Below the pieces are notes generated by a model that saw only the letters and a program-made list of their open reading frames with translations, had not been told where the DNA came from and searched no databases. A stretch of DNA of 63,347 nucleotides, counting the filler. It is 9 parts of 9 records of this genome, joined end to end, with 100 filler letters (N's around TTAATTAATTAA, not from the genome) between each part and the next. Parts side by side here need not be neighbours in the genome. Positions count along the whole stretch, not along the records: positions 35,603 to 41,960 come from SRR31147125_18180; positions 42,061 to 48,378 come from SRR31147125_18189; 7 more parts are not named here. One strand, given 5' to 3'. Every line of letters begins with the position of its first letter. The stretch's first letter is position 1. The position numbers and the translations under genes were made by a program. Below are positions 35,603 through 44,933 of this stretch, in pieces.

Positions 35603-38601
35603 AAAAAATTCAGAAAAAGGCAGCACAGCGTTTATATGATATGGTCATAGAGAATGTGCCTGTAAAAAAACGAGTATTTGGCACGGAAAAGGATGCACTC
35701 AGGCCTTCTTTTCTGCAACCTGTTGAATGTGAGAATGTACTCATCGAAGGCATCACCCTCATTGATGGTCCCATGTGGACGGTTCATCCCATCTATTGTG
35801 AAAATATCATTGTTCGGGACATACATGTACAAACCAACGGCCCCAACACAGACGGTATCAATCCGGATGCCTGTAAAAATATGCTTATTGAGCACTGTTT
35901 TTTCGACACAGGGGACGACTGCATCGTGCTGAAATCCGGTCTGAATGAAGAAGGATGGCGAATAGGTCGACCTTGTGAAAATATCGTCATCCGTCACTGT
36001 CAGACCAAACGGGGCCATGGCGGTGTGGTCATTGGCAGCGAAATGTCTGCTGGTGTTCGCAATGTGTTTGTGCACGATTGCCAGTTTGATCAGACAGATC
36101 AGGGTATTCGCATGAAATCCATGCGCGGTCGCGGCGGTATTGTGGAAAATGTCTGGATTCAGGATATCAGCATGGGCGAGATAAAGGTGGATGCCATTCG
36201 TCTGAACATGTTTTACAAGGCCAGCACCCTGGAACCACGAACAAAAGTACCTCCACTGTTTCGAAATATCTTCATTAAAAACATCCAGTGTCAGAAGGCA
36301 AAAAATGCGGTTTGGGTTATCGGTCTACCGGAAAAGTTATTGCAAAATGTAATCCTGGAAAACATCTCGATTCATGCTCAGAACGGCGCGGACTTTACCG
36401 ATGCGCGGGATATAAAAATAAAAAACATGCACCTGGGAGTGGAAAAAGGACCGGCTTTTCAATTTAAAAACTGTCAGGATGTAAAAATAGAGGGTTCACG
36501 CTGCCTGACCACAGCCGATGAGTTTTTACGGGTCCAGGGCGAAAAATCTAAAGGATTCCGTCTCAAAGGAAACGACATGTCAAACAGCAAGGTTAAAGTA
36601 TCCGTTTCATCTGAGGTTCCTGCTGACGCTGTTATCCTGGAAAGTAACGAGCACAACAAGGACAATTTGGAATCGTTATCTATTGACAGGGAAAACATCT
36701 TGCACAGCTATCTTATGTCTCAGGCCAATGTGCAGTTTGAGGAGCGACTCAAAGAGATCAACGAGGCTGTCAATTCCAAAGAAACCATGATCGCATACCA
36801 ACAAAAGAAAAAGCAAAATTATGCTGAAATTCTTGGTGCCTTGCCGGAGCGTACCCCATTGAATGCAAAGATCACAGGAAAAATCGAGTGTGATGGCTAT
36901 CGTATCGAAAATATCGCTTATGAAAGTCGGCCTCACCATCATGTCACAGCCAATCTTTATCTTCCCACGAATAAAAAAGGCCCATTTCCCGGTGTTCTGG
37001 TGCCCTGCGGACATTCGGCAAACGGTAAAGCAGCGGAGGCCTATCAAAAGGTTTGCATTCTGCTGGCTAAAAACGGTTTTGCCGCATTGATCGTGGATCC
37101 AATCTGTCAGGGCGAGCGATACCAATTTTTAAAAGCAGACGGACAACCGGCAACAAGAGGCGGAACAACTGCCCATACTCTGCTCGATGCCGGATCGAAA
37201 CTGGTGGGCACATCAGTGACCGCTTATGAGATTTGGGATAATATACGCGGCATAGACTATCTTCTGAGTCGTCCTGAAGTTCGAAAGGGCAAGGTTGGCT
37301 GTACCGGTAATTCCGGTGGCGGCGGACAAACGAGATTTTTAATGTCCCTGGACGACCGAATCGCTGTGGCAGCTCCTTCCTGTAACATCACCATCATGAA
37401 ACGGCGTTTTGAAACGCTCGGACCCGGTGATGGTTGTCAGCATCTTGCCGGCGAAGGTATGGTTGGCATTGACTATCCGGATTACATAACATTGTTTGCA
37501 CCCAAACCAACATTGATTCTGGCTGCCGAATATGATTTTGTGGATATCAACGCCACATCCAATGCCTTTCGCGAGGTGAAACGTGTTTATAAAGCTCTCG
37601 GCGCCATGGATCACGTGGATATGTTTACGAATGTTGGTCCACATGGATTTAGCAAAGCGCAAAGAGAAGCCATGGTCCATTGGATGAAAAAATGGCTGGT
37701 GGGAGAAAATATATCGATTATCGAAAACCAAGCAATCGTACAAAAGGATGAGGATCTGTGGGTGACGGAAACCGGACAGGTTGGCTCTTATTTTAAGAAA
37801 GAAATCACTGTAGCAGACATGAACCTGGCACGAGCACAGGAATTAAAGTCGACTCGGAAACAATATTGGCAGGAACACTCGAGAAAGAATTGTCTGCAAA
37901 AGGTGAGACAGCTCATCGGTCTGGATAACACCAGTGAAAAAATATCCTGGATATCCGCTGGCACCATCAATCGTCCGGGATATCTCATTGAAAAATATGT
38001 TATAACCGGCTCAGATTCTTTACCCCTACCCATTCTCCTCTTTCGTCCTGAGAAAAACCTTTTAAAATATCCGGTGACACTCGTTGTTGACGGCAGAGGC
38101 AAGGAAACGGAGGTTCAGGACGGACTTTTCACCAGACTTTTAAATCAGGATCGGATGGTGCTCTCAATAGATGTTCGAGGATGCGGAGAAACAACGGATG
38201 ATCCTGAAAAAATCGTGAAAAAATTCTGGAACAAGGAACAACGCAATGCCATGCTGTCCATGCACATTGGCCGCCCGCTTTTGGGGCAACGTGTAAAAGA
38301 CACCCTGACGGCATTACAATTTCTTCTGCAACGGTCTGATGTGGACACAACGAATATCCACCTCGCAGGTATTGAACTCGGTGGTCCTGTAGCTCTGCAT
38401 GCGGCATATCTGGACGAACGATTTCGGGAATTAACACTGAAACAATCTGTCACCTCATGGGTAGATTTATTATCCAGGCCAATGGCACATGATCATCTTA
38501 CCCATGTAGTGCCCAATGCCCTTGCTTACTATGATCTGCCTGATCTTGTCAGGGCTATTCACCCCCGAACAGTTAACATTGATAAATCAAACCAGGAGTG
38601 A
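35603..38601 (+). CDS. GH28 polygalacturonase-like domain fused to acetyl-xylan-esterase-like alpha/beta hydrolase (5' truncated)
   Basis: GH28 motifs NTDG, GDD, GHGG and RMKS; then VPCGH, nucleophile GNSGGG and GPHG; then a second alpha/beta domain without the nucleophile Ser (GIELGG). Confidence 0.85.
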
Positions 38602-38696
38602 GTTTAAATTCTATGATGTTTATGCCAGCTCATACGAAAATACCCGCTATCAACTGTTACCCTCATTTTATAGATATCCATTTATAATTCAATTGA

Positions 38697-38722
38697 ATGG
38701 GTCGTAAAAGTTTACGACCCAT
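38697..38722. terminator. Hairpin downstream of the GH28 fusion gene
   Basis: ATGGGTCGTAAA-AG-TTTACGACCCAT inverted repeat. Confidence 0.45.
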
Positions 38723-39001
38723 CATTTGCTCATTTTTTATAAAAATTATCCTCATAATCAAAAAAATAGTAGTAAACATCGATTCGAATTATTATCTTTG
38801 CTGTCTATCCCATGTTTCGTCAACGTAGATTTTACCTTTTTTAAATCCAGATACGTCAATTGGATCTGACCTGATTTTATTATAATCCCTCATTAAAACC
38901 GGGATCGATATCATGAAAACCGAGCTGCATTGAGAAAATTTTAGAGATAGATATCTAACATATTTAATCACAAAGGGCATTACCAGAAATACGGAGAAGA
39001 A

Positions 39002-41509
39002 ATGGATAAAAGTAAGCTAAAATATACTGTCATCGGTCAGGCTCATTTGGATCCTGTTTGGCAATGGAATAAATCAGAAGGCTATCAGGAAGTTTTCGCG
39101 ACTTTTCGCTCGGCACTGGACAGAATGAACGAATTCCCAATGGTGTATTTTGTCTCCAGTTCAGCCCAGTTTTACGAATGGGTGGAAGAAATGGACCCGG
39201 CGTTGTTTAAAGAGATACAAAAACGAGTGGATGAAGGCCGATGGACCTTGGTTGGCGGCTGGTGGATTGAGGCCGATCTCAACTGCCCTCAAGGTGAATC
39301 CATTGTACGACAGGGACTTTATGCCCAACATTTTTTCAGAAAAAAATTCAATCGAATCGCAGAGATTGGTTTTAGTCCGGATACTTTCGGTCATCCATGG
39401 ACACTGCCACAAATATTAAAGGGTCAGGGCATGTCGTCTTATTTCTTTATGCGACCAGAAAAACACGAAAAAGATATCCCGGCACCCATTTTCCAATGGC
39501 AGGGCCAGGATGGATCAACAGTCCTGGGTTTCTCTATTTTAACTTCCTATAATGCCCACGAATCTGATATTGACGAACGGCTTGCGGAATATAGGGACAG
39601 ATTTCAAAAAGATCTGCCGGACTGTGCTGAGGCGGTTATATTATACGGAGTTGGAAATCACGGCGGTGGGCCAACCATAGCCACGATTAAAAAAATCCTT
39701 AAAATGAAAGAAGACGAAAAGGTTCCGGTTGTTTTTCAATCATTACCACAGTATGTTGAAAAAATTCAGCAAAAACAGGAATCATTCCCCCTGGTTCACG
39801 ATGAACTCCAGCATCATGCCCGTGGCTGCTATTCTGCCTGTGCTGATGTAAAAAAATGGGACCGTCAGACCAGCTGTAAACTTTTGACAGCTGAAAAACT
39901 GGCATCCATGGCAACCCTGATATCCAGTTATAAATATCCGGCGAATGAATTAACATCCGCCTGGAAAAATGTCCTGTTTAATCAGTTTCATGACATTCTC
40001 GCCGGTAGTTCCATTGAGGAAGCATATCTCACTACTGAAAATGAATATAAATACGCTCAAAAAATCGCTGATGATGTGTTAATGAAATCTATGCACTGTT
40101 TGGCAACGCAAATAACAACCAAAGACCCTCAATTCCTATCCAGTCTGCCGTTTATTGTTTTTAATCCTTGCTCATGGGCGGTGGAAAAATATGTCGAGTT
40201 TGAGACTGAAATGCCTGATATCTCACACATGGAGGAGGAACTCGCTAGTGGTCGGAATCCGTTATACAGGGAACGACCACGGGATAAATTTATTTTAAGG
40301 GATTCCTCGGGCAATAGTATTCCTTTTCAAATCCTGCCCACAGCTGCATCAAAGCAGGAAGAAAAACCATTTCGGTGCCGAGTGCTTTTGAAAGCCATCC
40401 TGCCAGCGATGGGCTACCAGGTATATCGCCTTGATTTCAAGGAAACCAACATCCAATCCGACACAGACTATATATCTGTTACTGAAACAAGTCTGGAAAA
40501 CAATAAAATCAAAATCACGTTTGATCCGGAAACAGGCGCCATCTCGTCCTATTATGATAAAGAAAACAACAGGCAAATTTTTCAGGATCCCGCAGCTTGT
40601 CCAATCGTGCTCAAAGATCCTGATGATACCTGGGGTCACAACATTACGGCATATGATCAAATACTGGGGACCTTTTCAAAAGCCCACTTTAAGATTGTTG
40701 AAAAAGGCCCTTTGCGTTGTCGATTGCAGGTGAAATCCTATTATGGCGGATCCTCTATTCTGCAGGATTTTATTCTTTTTCCTGACAGCAGAGAACTGGA
40801 AGTCCGGGTCACGGTCAACTGGCATGAAAAATACAAAGTATTAAAAATCAGTTTCCCGACCGGCATTGAGGAGGGTACGTGCACCTATTCCATTCCGTAT
40901 GGTTTTATTGAAAGAAAAATGAATGGTGATGAAGAACCAGGGCAGGCATGGGTGGACGTTACTACATCGGACAACTCTCACGGTTTTGCTTTGCTCAATG
41001 ACAGCAAGTGTGGTTACAGTGTTAAAGATGGTGACATACGGTTAACGGTTTTTCACAGTACAGCGTGGTCTCATCATGAGCCACAGGTCATTACAGAGGA
41101 GGATAACTGCCGTTACATGGAACAGGGAATTCATGAATTCAACTATAAATTAGTACCCCATGATGGTGATTGGCGCCAGGGACATATCGTCAAAAAGAGT
41201 GAAGAATACCTGTTCTCTCCCCGCATCATGCACGCGACACCGCATCCGGGCTCTCTACCTTCTCAGGGACACTTTATCGAGGCAGATATAACAAACGTTA
41301 CTGTTTCCGTTGTCAAAAAGGCCGAAGATGAACAAGCCCTTGTATTACGTTGTGTAGAAAATCACGGTGAGCCAGCTAAAGGTAACATAATATTACCATA
41401 TATGAATCGTGAATTTAATATAGAACTGGATCCTTGTGAGATAAAATCCATTCTGATCCCCTTTGATCCGCAGCAAGAAATCAGGATTGTGAATCTGTTA
41501 GAAGAGTAA
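39002..41509 (+). CDS. GH38 alpha-mannosidase
   Basis: AHLDPVWQW, PDTFGH, YGVGNHGGGP and NQFHDILAGSSI. Confidence 0.93.
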   Translation: MDKSKLKYTVIGQAHLDPVWQWNKSEGYQEVFATFRSALDRMNEFPMVYFVSSSAQFYEWVEEMDPALFKEIQKRVDEGRWTLVGGWWIEADLNCPQGESIVRQGLYAQHFFRKKFNRIAEIGFSPDTFGHPWTLPQILKGQGMSSYFFMRPEKHEKDIPAPIFQWQGQDGSTVLGFSILTSYNAHESDIDERLAEYRDRFQKDLPDCAEAVILYGVGNHGGGPTIATIKKILKMKEDEKVPVVFQSLPQYVEKIQQKQESFPLVHDELQHHARGCYSACADVKKWDRQTSCKLLTAEKLASMATLISSYKYPANELTSAWKNVLFNQFHDILAGSSIEEAYLTTENEYKYAQKIADDVLMKSMHCLATQITTKDPQFLSSLPFIVFNPCSWAVEKYVEFETEMPDISHMEEELASGRNPLYRERPRDKFILRDSSGNSIPFQILPTAASKQEEKPFRCRVLLKAILPAMGYQVYRLDFKETNIQSDTDYISVTETSLENNKIKITFDPETGAISSYYDKENNRQIFQDPAACPIVLKDPDDTWGHNITAYDQILGTFSKAHFKIVEKGPLRCRLQVKSYYGGSSILQDFILFPDSRELEVRVTVNWHEKYKVLKISFPTGIEEGTCTYSIPYGFIERKMNGDEEPGQAWVDVTTSDNSHGFALLNDSKCGYSVKDGDIRLTVFHSTAWSHHEPQVITEEDNCRYMEQGIHEFNYKLVPHDGDWRQGHIVKKSEEYLFSPRIMHATPHPGSLPSQGHFIEADITNVTVSVVKKAEDEQALVLRCVENHGEPAKGNIILPYMNREFNIELDPCEIKSILIPFDPQQEIRIVNLLEE

Positions 41510-41889
41510 AAACTTTCTGTGAACGCCCGGGATTGGGAGTTCCCGGGCAAATGATATATTAAACCTCCAACAAACAATGGTAATTCAATTTGGACGTTAA
41601 CAGCTTCTTTTATCCCCTATTCAACATATTACTTGCAACTCAACAGTATATTTATTATAATCAAATTAGAATCATTGATATCACTTTGACTGGGGAATCT
41701 TGATGACATTGTAAAAAAGGTAAAACTGTTACAGGAAAAGAAAAACAATCGAGTTTTTGTGTTCAGAATATGGCTTTATATTTTCACAATCCCCATTTTA
41801 TTATTTTCTTTCCAATATTCACTTTTAAAAATCCACAAGTAAAATGACCACATCTAAATTGCTTTACCTTAATAAAAGGAGGCGTGCCT

Positions 41890-41960
41890 ATGGCAGAAGA
41901 ATTTAAACCTGGTTGTGCCAGACCAACTGGTGGTCCTGTCGGTGAACCGGCAGCAAAAAA
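41890..41960 (+). CDS. N-terminal fragment, possibly PrxU-type peroxiredoxin
   Basis: Strong AAGGAGG RBS; MAEEFKPGCARPTGGPVGEPAAK recalls the N-terminal extension of PrxU-type peroxiredoxins (from memory, unverified). Confidence 0.35.
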
Positions 41961-42060
41961 NNNNNNNNNNNNNNNNNNNNNNNNNNNNNNNNNNNNNNNN
42001 NNNNTTAATTAATTAANNNNNNNNNNNNNNNNNNNNNNNNNNNNNNNNNNNNNNNNNNNN
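41961..42060. other. Artificial contig spacer
   Basis: N run with TTAATTAATTAA linker. Confidence 0.98.
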
Positions 42061-42215
42061 TGGTACAAATCGAAAGCCAGTGTTTTTCCCAACAACTCCT
42101 TATTTGGTTTTAAATCATCGTGACTATAAACCATTACCAGAGGGTGCTTTGGCTTACCCAGTCCCAGCGCTTCCTGAATTTGACTTATCGTTTTTATTCT
42201 TAGTATGTCTGTCAT
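42061..42215 (-). CDS. AraC-family regulator, N-terminal fragment
   Basis: MTDILRIKTISQ...KPKHPLVMV is the typical start of Bacteroidota AraC proteins; truncated. Confidence 0.6.
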
Positions 42216-42286
42216 TCGTTCTTGTGTTATTATGCAATTACAAATCTGTTTTTCAATTCCTTTGTTCATCTATATTATCGGCAATA

Positions 42287-42390
42287 AGTCTTCAGTCAAC
42301 AGTCTTCAGTCCATAGTCTTCAGTCAACAGTCTTCAGTCAACAGTCTTTAGTAGGTTTAACTGCCGACTGCTTACTGCCGACTGCCGACT
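42287..42390. repeat. 7-nt-period tandem repeats forming an imperfect hairpin
   Basis: (AGTCTTC AGTCAAC)n followed by (ACTGCCG/ACTGCTT)n; CAGT and ACTG cores are complementary. Confidence 0.85.
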
Positions 42391-42398
42391 TATTATTG

Positions 42399-42758
42399 CT
42401 ACCTAAACTTATCCGGGTTATTCATCATGTAATTCAACAACCTACCAACCTCTTCCGACTCTTCAATTAATTCATTATAAACAGTTTTAACGAAATAATC
42501 AGAAGCAAGTGCAAAATCCAGCCATACTTGTGTTTCCGTATTTTCACTGTCAGAATCGCTCAATTTGCTTACGAAATGCTTCGGATATCTCCTTTTTCTA
42601 TACCCCTCACCAATATTTGCACATACCGACCGCGACGACCTGCGAATTTGGTCTGTTAAAGAATACCTTTCTTCCGGTGGAAAACTTTTCGATAATTTAT
42701 AAATCTTCATTGCCAGCGCAAAAGCCTTTTTATAAGCGAGTAACTCTCTGAATCCCAT
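42399..42758 (-). CDS. Four-helix-bundle protein (23S rRNA IVP / TIGR02436-like)
   Basis: FPPEERYSLTDQIRRSSRSVCANIGEG and SENTETQVWL. Confidence 0.9.
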   Translation of the reverse strand: MGFRELLAYKKAFALAMKIYKLSKSFPPEERYSLTDQIRRSSRSVCANIGEGYRKRRYPKHFVSKLSDSDSENTETQVWLDFALASDYFVKTVYNELIEESEEVGRLLNYMMNNPDKFR

Positions 42759-42806
42759 TTCGTTTTCTTTTCAAATCACAATATTTCTACTGACCAACAA
42801 AACCAG

Positions 42807-42852
42807 GCTGTGGACTACCGACTGCCTACTGCCTACTGTAGACTGTAAACTA
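42807..42852. repeat. 7-nt-period tandem repeats upstream of the four-helix-bundle gene
   Basis: GCTGTGG ACTACCG ACTGCCT ACTGCCT ACTGTAG ACTGTAA ACT. Confidence 0.8.
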
Positions 42853-44025
42853 TTATAACTCCATCATCAAAGTTTCATGCGTCTCTTTCAACATTTCTCT
42901 AATTTTAATTCCCTGCGGACAATGTTCTTCGCACTTGCCACATTCAACACAGGCACTGGCTTTTTCTTTATCTTTTAATAAACGTGTGTACATTATTTTG
43001 GTGCTGAATTTTGTACTTGCAACATCATAACGGTGGAAATCGTTCAGGTAAGCAAAATTCTGTGGAATATTTACACCAACCGGGCACGGCATACAATAGC
43101 CACACGCTGTACAACCAACTTTTACTTTGCTTTTAAAAACAATTTTCGCTTCTTCTATTGTTGCAATTTCGGCATCAGAAAGAGAATTAACGGGTGCATT
43201 GTCAGCTATTCGTACGTTTTCAACAACATGCTCCATTACCGACATTCCGCTCAAAACCACACTTACTTCGGGCTGATTCCACAACCAACGTAACGACCAT
43301 TCAACAGGAGTTTTTTCAGCATCAGCTTCGTTAAAAACTTTCATTGTTGCATGGGGCAAATTCGCGGCAAGACTACCACCTTTCAGCGGCTCCATAATTA
43401 CTACGCCCAATCCTTTGTCGGCAGCATATTTTAAGCCTTCTTTCCCGGCTTGGTAATTTTCGTCCATATAATTATACTGAATCTGACAGAAGGTCCAGTC
43501 GTAAGCATCAATAATTTCTTTAAAAACCTCAACGCTATTATCGTGGAACGAGAAACCTGCATTCTTTATACGTCCATCTTTTATAGCCCGGTCGAGAAAA
43601 TCGGTAACGCCATGATTTTCCACCAATTGCCACAAATCATTATTTAACGAGTGAATCAGATAATAATCAAAGTGGTCGGTTTGTAAGCGCTCTAACTGCA
43701 TGTTCAGATACTTGTCCATATCCTCACGACTTTGAACCAGCCAGCTTGGCAATTTGGTAGCCAATTTCACTTTTTCGCGGTAACCATTTTTTAAAACTTT
43801 GCCCACAAAAGGTTCGCTGTTACCCGGCTCTGTCATTCCTGTTCCATGATACGGGAATGCAGTATCGATATAATTCACGCCACTATCGATGGCAAAACGC
43901 AACATTTCTGCTGCTTGTTCTTCATCAATTTTTGCCATGTCGTTATCAATTACCGGGAAACGCATACACCCGAATCCCAGTGCAGATATTTTGTCTCCTG
44001 ATTTTGGCATTTCTCTGTAAAGCAT
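42853..44025 (-). CDS. Aldo/keto reductase with C-terminal 4Fe-4S dicluster
   Basis: LGFGCMRFP, YIDTAFPY, LATKLP, GFSFH, CTACGYCMPCP and CVECGKCEEHCP. Confidence 0.92.
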   Translation of the reverse strand: MLYREMPKSGDKISALGFGCMRFPVIDNDMAKIDEEQAAEMLRFAIDSGVNYIDTAFPYHGTGMTEPGNSEPFVGKVLKNGYREKVKLATKLPSWLVQSREDMDKYLNMQLERLQTDHFDYYLIHSLNNDLWQLVENHGVTDFLDRAIKDGRIKNAGFSFHDNSVEVFKEIIDAYDWTFCQIQYNYMDENYQAGKEGLKYAADKGLGVVIMEPLKGGSLAANLPHATMKVFNEADAEKTPVEWSLRWLWNQPEVSVVLSGMSVMEHVVENVRIADNAPVNSLSDAEIATIEEAKIVFKSKVKVGCTACGYCMPCPVGVNIPQNFAYLNDFHRYDVASTKFSTKIMYTRLLKDKEKASACVECGKCEEHCPQGIKIREMLKETHETLMMEL

Positions 44026-44307
44026 ATTTTCTGTTTTTAGTTAATTTCTACTCTTTAAAATTACCTCTTTTTAGCAACTTTCTTTATCTGATTCGGAGGT
44101 TGAATTACAATAGCAGTATTTACCAACCAATACATTGCCACAAATGCTACGATTATAATTGCTGTTTCCATTATTCAGACTTTTAAGTTTACAATACAAA
44201 AGTACGGCAGGCAAATTTGTGCCACGTATATATTTTACTGATTGATGAATACTTTTTACAGAATTAGTAAAGGGGTAAGAGTAAAAAATGGAGAATAAAA
44301 AACTGAA

Positions 44308-44610
44308 TTATAGATTCAATCTTTCAGGATTTTTTCTGTTATCGAAAACAGATAATATTCGGATATCATTTTCTTCTATCTGAAAATAAATGGAGGTCAA
44401 TTTAGCAACCAACGCTCGTCTTACCAAGTTAGGAGAATATTTGATGGGAAATGCTGTCGGGTTATTCTGTATATTAAAAATTTGTTTGTGAAATTTTTTA
44501 GCGAAATTCTTCACTTCTTTTTCCGAAAAGTTAGTTTCCAGATAGTGAATAATTTCACTTAATCCATGTAAAGCTTCGTCAGACCAAACAATTCTATATG
44601 TACTTTTCAT
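44308..44610 (-). CDS. RelE/ParE family toxin
   Basis: IVWSDEAL..L..I..Y N-terminus and IRILSVFDNRKNP C-terminus; overlaps the upstream small acidic gene. Confidence 0.85.
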   Translation of the reverse strand: MKSTYRIVWSDEALHGLSEIIHYLETNFSEKEVKNFAKKFHKQIFNIQNNPTAFPIKYSPNLVRRALVAKLTSIYFQIEENDIRILSVFDNRKNPERLNL

Positions 44611-44818
44611 AGAGTTTTTTTACAGCCTCATGCGAATGCACCCTTCCCTCTTTAAAATCATTTAATCCTTTTTCAATTGAATCTAATTCAGCTTTGCTTA
44701 ACATTTCTTCTTCTTTTGAATAGTCCTCTCTGATTTGCAAAAGACGTTCAATTACTGAAGAATCCTTTAGCCGTGCAATCCATTCAATTAAATCCAATTT
44801 TTCAGTCTGAATATTCAT
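44594..44818 (-). CDS. Putative antitoxin (addiction module component)
   Basis: MNIQTEKLDLIEWI...SIEKGLNDFKEGRVHSHE; overlaps the toxin start; TATCTTTG -7 element at 44839-44846. Confidence 0.8.
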   Translation of the reverse strand: MNIQTEKLDLIEWIARLKDSSVIERLLQIREDYSKEEEMLSKAELDSIEKGLNDFKEGRVHSHEAVKKLYEKYI

Positions 44819-44877
44819 TACAAAAAAATTATGTACTTCAAAGATACAAAGAATAAAAATTAATCTGGCAACTTACT

Positions 44878-44909
44878 AAAAACGGGTAGCCAAAACTGAC
44901 CACCCGTTT
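44878..44909 (-). terminator. Intrinsic terminator after the nfnAB fusion
   Basis: Minus strand AAACGGGTGGTCA-GTTT-TGGCTACCCGTTTTT. Confidence 0.65.
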
Positions 44910-44933
44910 CCTATAATATTTGAATTTTCGTTA

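Noticed and set aside
42276-42283. Third sigma28-like GCCGATAA site (minus strand)
   Set aside because: It is on a different organism's contig and lacks the CRCAAC element and upstream palindrome at the required spacing.
42287-42852. CRISPR array or diversity-generating retroelement
   Set aside because: Repeats have a 7-nt period with no unique spacers; no cas gene, reverse transcriptase or TR/VR pair is visible. No CRISPR array was seen anywhere in the window.
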